The notes under the pieces: model-generated
Seen by the model: the letters and a program-made list of their open reading frames with translations, nothing else
Told to the model about the DNA's origin: nothing
Databases searched by the model: none
Made by a program: the position numbers and the translations under genes
Shown here: positions 1-5,247 of the stretch, piece after piece
How positions within the stretch are numbered: position 1 is the first letter of the stretch
How the letters are laid out: each line of letters starts with the position of its first letter
Assembly (NCBI GenBank): GCA_040005235.1
Contig: JBDTZG010000106.1
Location: 1 to 12,616 of the forward strand
Direction: 5' to 3'
Origin: Acidobacteriota bacterium
GTDB taxonomy: Bacteria; Acidobacteriota; Thermoanaerobaculia; Multivoradales; UBA5704
DNA: 12,616 nt

Positions 1-2
1 TC

Positions 3-743
3 GAGCGCTTCGCGTTCGGCGGGCCGCTCGACGCCCTGGCCTCCCGGCTCGAACGGCGCGATGTCGGCGCCGTGATCTTCGAGCCGATCGTCGGGCGCGA
101 GGGCGTTTTGCTGCCGCCCCCCGGCTGGCTCGCGTCGCTCGCGGACCTCACCCGCCGCGCCGGGGCGCTGCTGATCGCCGACGAAATCTTCACCGGTTTC
201 GGCCGCACCGGCCACCGGTTCGCCGTCGAAGCCGAAGGAGTCCGACCCGACCTCCTCTGCTGCGGCAAGGCGCTCGGCGGCGGCCTGCCGATCGCCGCGG
301 TGATCGGTCGGCGAGACCTCTTCGCCGTCTGGCACACCGCGGGCGAGGCCCTGCACACGGCGACTTTCGTCGCCCATCCTCTGGCTTGCGCCGCGGCCCT
401 GGCGGCACTTGAAGTCCTGGATTCCGAGCGCCTGCCGGAACGGGCCCTAGAGCTCGGGACCGCTCTTCTTCCCCGGCTCTCCTGCTGGCCGAAGCGCTAT
501 TCCGCCGTCGTCGAGGTGCGGGGCCGCGGACTGCTCTGGGGGATCGAGCTGCGAACGCCGCAGACCGCGAAGCGCTTGGTCGCCGGGGCGCTCGCACGCG
601 GCGTCTTGCTACTCGCCGGCGGACCGGAAGGCGACGTCGCGCAGATCGCCCCCCCGTTGACGATCGCTTCGGAACAACTTTCGAGGGCCCTCGATCTCCT
701 CGAATCGGTCCTGGCGTCGGTCTCCCAGGAGCCTGAGCCTTGA
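3..743 (+). CDS. Class III (ornithine/GABA-type fold) PLP-dependent aminotransferase, 5'-truncated by the window edge; substrate unknown
   Basis: The frame is open from position 3 (ERFAFGGPLDALASRLERRDVGAVIFEP...), so the GTG at 72 is internal. Class III motifs: EPIVGREG, LIADEIFTGFGRTG, PDLLCCGKALGGGLP (PLP lysine codon 267-269), TFVAHPLACAAA, VRGRGLLWGIEL, IAPPL. Confidence 0.9.
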   Translation, partial: ERFAFGGPLDALASRLERRDVGAVIFEPIVGREGVLLPPPGWLASLADLTRRAGALLIADEIFTGFGRTGHRFAVEAEGVRPDLLCCGKALGGGLPIAAVIGRRDLFAVWHTAGEALHTATFVAHPLACAAALAALEVLDSERLPERALELGTALLPRLSCWPKRYSAVVEVRGRGLLWGIELRTPQTAKRLVAGALARGVLLLAGGPEGDVAQIAPPLTIASEQLSRALDLLESVLASVSQEPEP

Positions 744-1309
744 GCACCTCGCCCCGGTTCAAGCTCGCCTTCATCGGCACCCATGGGGTCGGCAAGACGA
801 CTCTCTGCTATGGGCTTGCCGCCCTGCTCAAAGCCCGCGACCTCTCGGTCGAAGTGGTTCACGAGGTCGCCCGCCGCTGCCCGCTGCCGATCAACGAAGA
901 GACCTCCGTCGCCGCCCAGAGCTGGATCCTCCATTCCCAGATCGCCGAAGAGATCAGCGCGGAGTCGCGCTACCCGGTGGTCATCTGCGACCGCAGTGTG
1001 CTCGACAACTATGTCTACCTGCTCCTGGCCGCCGGCCGCCAAGACCGGCTGGAGCCGCTGATCGACGCCTGGATGGCCGGCTACGACCTGCTGGTCCAGG
1101 TGCCGATCGTCGCTTCGCCCAGTCCGGACGGCATCCGTTCTCCCAACCCCGGCTTTCAGGAGGCGGTCGATCAACGCCTCGAACGCGAGCTCAACCATAG
1201 GCGCCTGTTCGCCCTGCGTCTTGATCCTCACCGCCGCGAAGGTTGGCTCGACGCCGTGGAGCGCGAGGTCTGGGCGCGCCTTCGTCCGACCCAGCTCCAA
1301 CTCCTTTGA
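740..1309 (+). CDS. P-loop NTPase of NadR/AAA_28 or nucleotide-kinase type, 189 aa, function unknown
   Basis: N-terminal beta strand plus Walker A (KLAFIGTHGVGKTT), EVAR motif, and VVICDRSVLD resembling the DR motif of thymidylate/deoxynucleoside-kinase-like proteins. The TTG start overlaps the upstream TGA stop (TTGA, 740-743), implying translational coupling. Confidence 0.8.
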   Translation: MSTSPRFKLAFIGTHGVGKTTLCYGLAALLKARDLSVEVVHEVARRCPLPINEETSVAAQSWILHSQIAEEISAESRYPVVICDRSVLDNYVYLLLAAGRQDRLEPLIDAWMAGYDLLVQVPIVASPSPDGIRSPNPGFQEAVDQRLERELNHRRLFALRLDPHRREGWLDAVEREVWARLRPTQLQLL

Positions 1310-1344
1310 TCCGGCTCCGTCCGACGATCGCGCTCTGCTTGGGC

Positions 1345-1350
1345 TAGACT
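1345..1350 (+). promoter_or_regulatory. Candidate sigma70-type -10 element (TAGACT) for the cNMP-binding gene
   Basis: TAnnnT hexamer 9 nt upstream of the GTG at 1360 in a 50-bp intergenic gap. No recognisable -35 or Shine-Dalgarno. Confidence 0.35.
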
Positions 1351-1359
1351 TCTCGCATC

Positions 1360-2346
1360 GTGGCGCTCTCTCCTCTGCTACTTCGCCGCTGGGAGCTGTT
1401 TTCCCATTTCAGCGATCCCCAGCTCGAGCATCTTGCCGAGCATGTCGACCGCCTCCGTTTCGACGCCGGCACCGGGGTGCTCCAAGAAGGCGAACCGTCG
1501 CTCGGCGCCTACCTGATCGAGAGCGGCGAGGTTCTGATCGAACGAAATACCCCCTATGGCCGCTTCGAGCTGGCCCGGCTGGGGCCGGGAGACCTGTTCG
1601 GTGAGACCAGTTTCGTCGACGGCCACGCCCGCTCCGGCAACGCCACGGCGACCGCCGAGACCGCGCTCCTGACGCTCCAGCCGGAAGCCCTCGCCGGGGC
1701 GCTCGAAGACGACGCGAAGCTCCACCTCTCTCTCTACTGGGCGTTCTGGAAAAGCCTGTCGCAAAAGCTCCGCGCCACCAACGACAAGCTCTCGAGGTTC
1801 TTTTCCTCCTCGGCAGCTCCGGCGGCAACCCCCGCGGCCGTCGGCGCGGCGGCCATCGGGGACTTTCGAGTCGATCTCGCCTCCAAGCGGCGCCTCTTTC
1901 AGGAGCAGAAGCTCTCCAACCTGGAGATCAACTTCCTCACCACCCTCTCCAAGGAAAAGAAGCTCGCGGGCAACCAGGTCCTGTTCCGCGAAGGCGAGAC
2001 CGGCGACTCCATGTACGTGGTGCTCGAAGGTCGGATCATGATCAGCAAATACATCCCCGGGGCCGGGGAGGAAGCGCTCGCGTTTCTCGAGAGGGGCGAC
2101 TATTTCGGCGAGATGGCGCTGATCGACCGCCAGCCTCGTTCGGCGGACGCCAAGGCGCACGAGCAGGAAGCCGTGGTGCTCGCCATCTCTCGCGAGGTGC
2201 TCGAAGGGATCCTCGACATCCAGAAGATCTCATCCCTCAACCTTCTGAAGATCCTCTGCAACCTCGTGGCTTCCCGCCTCCGCGAGATCGACGACAAGAT
2301 CATCGGCTGGTTCATTTTGGCGGGCGGCTCGAACGGCGGCCATTAG
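1360..2346 (+). CDS. Tandem cyclic-nucleotide-binding domain protein (2 x cNMP, no HTH or catalytic domain), 328 aa
   Basis: Domain 1: VLQEGEP..AYLIESGEV..GDLFGETSFVDGHARSG. Domain 2: LFREGETGDSMYVVLEGRI..GDYFGEMALIDRQPRSA. Each is followed by a C-helix (SQKLRATN, ASRLREID), and they are joined by an Ala/Pro/Ser linker. The start codon is uncertain by a few codons. Confidence 0.88.
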   Translation: MALSPLLLRRWELFSHFSDPQLEHLAEHVDRLRFDAGTGVLQEGEPSLGAYLIESGEVLIERNTPYGRFELARLGPGDLFGETSFVDGHARSGNATATAETALLTLQPEALAGALEDDAKLHLSLYWAFWKSLSQKLRATNDKLSRFFSSSAAPAATPAAVGAAAIGDFRVDLASKRRLFQEQKLSNLEINFLTTLSKEKKLAGNQVLFREGETGDSMYVVLEGRIMISKYIPGAGEEALAFLERGDYFGEMALIDRQPRSADAKAHEQEAVVLAISREVLEGILDIQKISSLNLLKILCNLVASRLREIDDKIIGWFILAGGSNGGH

Positions 2347-3389
2347 CCGCTCGCTCTTTGGCGCGCAGCCAGAATTTTTCCAACCAGAGAAGAGGTCGCC
2401 AGACGCCGAATGTCCTCGGCGGCGAACCACCCGGCCTCCGCCCCTTCTCGGATAACCCCTCGGCTCCCGACCTCGCCGAGGTGAATCGCTACCCTCAAAT
2501 CTCGATAGGTGATGCCGTGTCGCGCCGTACCGATCCGCTCCAGGAGGCGCCAGCTCCCGCCGTAGCGGCGGCCAAGCTCGGCGTCCGCTTCTTCGACCGC
2601 GGCCTCTACCCAGGGCACCTCCCAAAGGCCGGCCAAAAGCGAGCTGTCGTCCGGGCGCCGAAACAGCAGTGTGCGTCGCTCCTCGTCCTCGACCACGACG
2701 GCGACGATCGACTTTTCCTCGCTCTTCCGGTCCGTCCGCGCCTTCGGATAGAGGTCCGCCTCGCCCATCGCCAACGCCAGGCAGCCCTCGGTCAACGGGC
2801 AAAGAAGACAGCGCGGGTTTTTGGGGATACAGACGGTAGCGCCCAACTCCATCATCGCCTGATTCGAGTCGCCGGCCCGGGAAGGGTCGAGCAGCCGGGT
2901 GGCCGCTTCGAGCAATCCACGTCGCACGCTGCCGCTCTTGACGTCGCCGCCCTCGGCTAGCCTACGAGCGAGCACCCTTTCCACGTTGCCGTCCAAAACC
3001 GGAACCGCGACGCCAAAACAGATGCTCGCGATCGCCGCCGCGGTATAGGGGCCGATCCCGGGCAATTTGAGTAGGCCTTCGACATCGCGCGGAAAACTAC
3101 CTTCTGCCGCCACCTGTTGCGCCGCCGCATGGAGTTGCCGCGCGCGGCGGTAGTAGCCCAGCCCCGACCAGGCGGCGAGCACCGCGTCGATCGGCGCGGC
3201 GGCCAGGTGAGCGACCGAAGGGAAGCGCGAGATAAATGCCTCGTAGAACGGGATCACGGTTTCTACCCGCGTCTGCTGAAGCATGATCTCCGACAGCCAG
3301 ACCCGATAAGGGTCGCGATCCCTCCTCCAGGGCAGATCGCGCCTGTGCCGGTCAAACCAAGTCAACAATCGTTCGGCCTCGGTCGTCAT
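2343..3389 (-). CDS. mutY: A/G-specific adenine DNA glycosylase MutY, 348 aa
   Basis: RDLPWR, PYRVWLSEIMLQQT, WSGLGYYRRAR, HhH motif LPGIGPYTA, VLDGNVERV, [4Fe-4S] motif C-x6-C-x2-C-x5-C (CIPKNPRCLLCPLTEGC) and a C-terminal NUDIX-like domain (LAGLWEVP). Start reassigned to the ATG at 3389 (MTTEAERLLTWF) because the 69-aa extension in the ORF track is not MutY-like. Confidence 0.96.
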   Translation of the reverse strand: MTTEAERLLTWFDRHRRDLPWRRDRDPYRVWLSEIMLQQTRVETVIPFYEAFISRFPSVAHLAAAPIDAVLAAWSGLGYYRRARQLHAAAQQVAAEGSFPRDVEGLLKLPGIGPYTAAAIASICFGVAVPVLDGNVERVLARRLAEGGDVKSGSVRRGLLEAATRLLDPSRAGDSNQAMMELGATVCIPKNPRCLLCPLTEGCLALAMGEADLYPKARTDRKSEEKSIVAVVVEDEERRTLLFRRPDDSSLLAGLWEVPWVEAAVEEADAELGRRYGGSWRLLERIGTARHGITYRDLRVAIHLGEVGSRGVIREGAEAGWFAAEDIRRLATSSLVGKILAARQRASG

Positions 3390-3590
3390 CGGAGTGGATT
3401 CTCGCCGACAAAAGGAGCCGACGTTCCCGTCGTGATCTCTTTTCTCTCCCTCTTTCGCGTATCTCGGGGAGGATTCCCTAAAACGAGGAGGAAGATCCGC
3501 CCAAACCCATCGTCGGTCTCCCCTCCAGGCCCTTGCGGGGCTCCGGGCGATCCTGTTACCCTGGAACCAGAACCTGCAGGGCCCTTCGCC

Positions 3591-3656
3591 TCGCAACTGG
3601 TTACTTCCCTCTGGTTTTCCTCAGGCTGTGGAAAAACTGCGGATATCGCTTATTCT
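3591..3656 (+). promoter_or_regulatory. dnaA upstream regulatory region: three DnaA-box-like sites, an IHF-like core and a candidate -10
   Basis: TTTTCCTCA (3615-3623, +), TGTGGAAAA (3627-3635, equals TTTTCCACA on minus, a perfect TTWTNCACA), TGCGGATAT (3638-3646, equals ATATCCGCA on minus). CAActggTTA at 3594-3603 and TATTCT at 3651-3656. Confidence 0.65.
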
Positions 3657-3679
3657 TTTTTCGACTTCTTCCCAGCCTG

Positions 3680-4999
3680 ATGGCACCGCAATCCCTCTGG
3701 TCTCAACTGCAACGGAAGCTCCAACAAGAGCTGACGGCGGAAGAGTACGAAACCTGGTTCCGGCCGCTGCGGGCGCGGTCCGACGGAAACCGGCGACTGG
3801 TGCTTTTCGTCCCAAACGATCGTTTTCTTTCGACTCTCGAAGAGAGCTATCGTCCGGCTCTCGATCGAGCTATCGCAGATCTGAATCCGCCGGGACTTGA
3901 GATCGTCTTGCTCCTCGACGAGGGTGATTCCGCCGCTTCGGCTCAGGCCCTCGCCCCGACGAGCGCGGTACCTTTGGCGCCCTCGCTCGCGTTCAACCCG
4001 AAGTACCTTTTCGAAAACTTCGTGGTCGGAAACTCGAACCAGTTCGCCCATGCCGCGGCGCGAGCGGTCGCCGACCGTCCCTCTTCCAGCTACAACCCTC
4101 TATTTCTCTACGGCGGGGTCGGCCTCGGCAAAACCCATCTGCTCCACGCCATCGGCCATCAGATCCTCGCCCTGCACCCTCATCTGCGGGTCCTCTATCT
4201 GCCCGCGGAGCAGTTCGTCAACGAGCTTATCAACTCGATCCGGTTCGACCGGATGCCCGCGTTCCGTGAGCGCTATCGGACGATCGACGCCCTGCTGATC
4301 GACGACGTCCAGTTCATCGCCAACAAGGAACGGACCCAGGAAGAGTTTTTTCACACCTTCAACACTCTCTACACCAGCCAGAAGCAGATCATCCTCTCGT
4401 CCGACTCGTCGCCCAAGGACATTCCCACTCTCGAAGAACGCCTGCGCAGCCGCTTCCAGTGGGGTCTGATCGCAGACATTCAACCCCCGGATCTGGAAAC
4501 CAAGGTCGCCATCCTGCGCAAGAAGGCTGATTTTGAAGGGGCCGACCTCCCTAATGAGGTCGCCGAGTTCGTCGCTCAACAGGTAAAGTCGAACATCCGC
4601 GAGTTGGAAGGCATGTTGAACCGCGTCATCGCCTTCTCGTCTCTGACCGGCAAGCCGCTCTCCTTAGAGCTCGCGCGCGAAACCCTTCGCGATATTTTGC
4701 CCCACGAAGGGCGAAAGCCCACCGCCGCCGAGATCACCAAGAGCGTCGCCCGCCACTACGGGCTCAAGGTCGTGGAGATCAAGAGCAAGAACAACTCCAA
4801 GCAGATTTCTTTTCCTCGCCAGGTAGCCATGTACCTGTGCAAGCGACTGACTGATCTCTCTTACCCAGATATAGGGAAGCAATTCAACGATAAACACCAC
4901 TCGACAGTCATGTATTCGGTCGACAAGATTCAGCAGCTACGCCAGGACGATGGAGACTTCGACCGCGTACTCCATAACCTGGAGCGCGGCCTTTCTTGA
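3680..4999 (+). CDS. dnaA: Chromosomal replication initiator protein DnaA, 439 aa
   Basis: Domain I (LWSQL..EEYETWFRPL), FNPKYLFENFVVGNSNQFA, Walker A YNPLFLYGGVGLGKTHL, Walker B LLIDDVQF, TQEEFFHTFN, RLRSRFQWGL, NIRELEG, and domain IV PRQVAMYL..HHSTV. Start reassigned from 3533 to the ATG at 3680 (MAPQSLW). Confidence 0.98.
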   Translation: MAPQSLWSQLQRKLQQELTAEEYETWFRPLRARSDGNRRLVLFVPNDRFLSTLEESYRPALDRAIADLNPPGLEIVLLLDEGDSAASAQALAPTSAVPLAPSLAFNPKYLFENFVVGNSNQFAHAAARAVADRPSSSYNPLFLYGGVGLGKTHLLHAIGHQILALHPHLRVLYLPAEQFVNELINSIRFDRMPAFRERYRTIDALLIDDVQFIANKERTQEEFFHTFNTLYTSQKQIILSSDSSPKDIPTLEERLRSRFQWGLIADIQPPDLETKVAILRKKADFEGADLPNEVAEFVAQQVKSNIRELEGMLNRVIAFSSLTGKPLSLELARETLRDILPHEGRKPTAAEITKSVARHYGLKVVEIKSKNNSKQISFPRQVAMYLCKRLTDLSYPDIGKQFNDKHHSTVMYSVDKIQQLRQDDGDFDRVLHNLERGLS

Positions 5000-5020
5000 C
5001 TTTGGGAGGCCCCCTCGCCG

Positions 5021-5123
5021 CTGCGAATCTTCTGCGGATAATTCTGCGGATCCGCGGCGGAGGATTTAGGGCTCCCCCTCTTCATCAGCAGGCATGCACA
5101 GCCTATCCACAGGCCGCCCGCAG
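5021..5123. repeat. Two oppositely oriented arrays of DnaA-box-like repeats with 10-12 bp period
   Basis: Minus-oriented: TGCGAATCT 5022-5030, TGCGGATAA 5033-5041, TGCGGATCC 5045-5053. Plus-oriented: TCATCAGCA 5082-5090, GCATGCACA 5092-5100, CTATCCACA 5103-5111, CCGCCCGCA 5114-5122. Several are weak matches to TTWTNCACA. Confidence 0.65.
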
Positions 5124-5137
5124 GTTTTGTCTATAAC

Positions 5138-5162
5138 CAACCCCCTCGATTACAAGCACTTA
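5138..5162. promoter_or_regulatory. IHF-like binding site within oriC
   Basis: TTACAAGCACTTA (5150-5162) matches WATCAANNNNTTR with 2 mismatches and lies between the box arrays and the unwinding module. Confidence 0.5.
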
Positions 5163-5168
5163 GGCCTC

Positions 5169-5208
5169 AAATCCGCAGATCCGCAGCGCCTTCTACCTAC
5201 GGCTACTG
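5169..5208 (+). other. Basal unwinding module: tandem overlapping DnaA boxes, GC spacer, DnaA-trios
   Basis: AAATCCGCA (5169-5177) and AGATCCGCA (5177-5185) overlap by 1 nt, followed by GCGC, then CTT CTA C CTA CGG CTA CTG (bottom strand 3'-GAA GAT G GAT GCC GAT GAC-5'). This is the same layout as the Bacillus subtilis box6/box7, GC-rich spacer, trio element. Confidence 0.75.
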
Positions 5209-5247
5209 TGAGATATGATTCCTGGTACCTGGTAGGAGAAGAAGAGC

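Larger units (their letters stand above)
5000..5247. other. Predicted chromosomal replication origin (oriC, dnaA-dnaN intergenic part)
   Basis: 248-bp non-coding gap between dnaA and dnaN containing nine DnaA-box-like sites, an IHF-like site and a tandem-box/GC-spacer/DnaA-trio module. This is the canonical oriC position. Confidence 0.85.

Noticed and set aside
3430-3590. Pyrimidine/purine tracts and partial inverted repeats in the mutY-dnaA gap as an ncRNA or riboswitch
   Set aside because: Only short, imperfect stems and no recognisable family motif; an Rfam or covariation search would be needed.
3390-3679. ORF-track N-terminal extensions of mutY (to 3596) and dnaA (from 3533)
   Set aside because: They would overlap each other and the DnaA-box cluster, are not family-like, and in-frame ATGs at 3389 and 3680 give normal-length proteins.
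5196-5204. 9-mer CCTACGGCT shared between the trio region and 7488-7496
   Set aside because: One shared 9-mer between two intergenic regions of this size is plausible by chance, and the contexts differ.
5049-5234. GATC sites inside two boxes (5049, 5178) and the tandem CCTGGTA repeat (5221-5234) as methylation control
   Set aside because: GATC is frequent throughout the window and not enriched in oriC, and nothing here indicates Dam, SeqA or Dcm.
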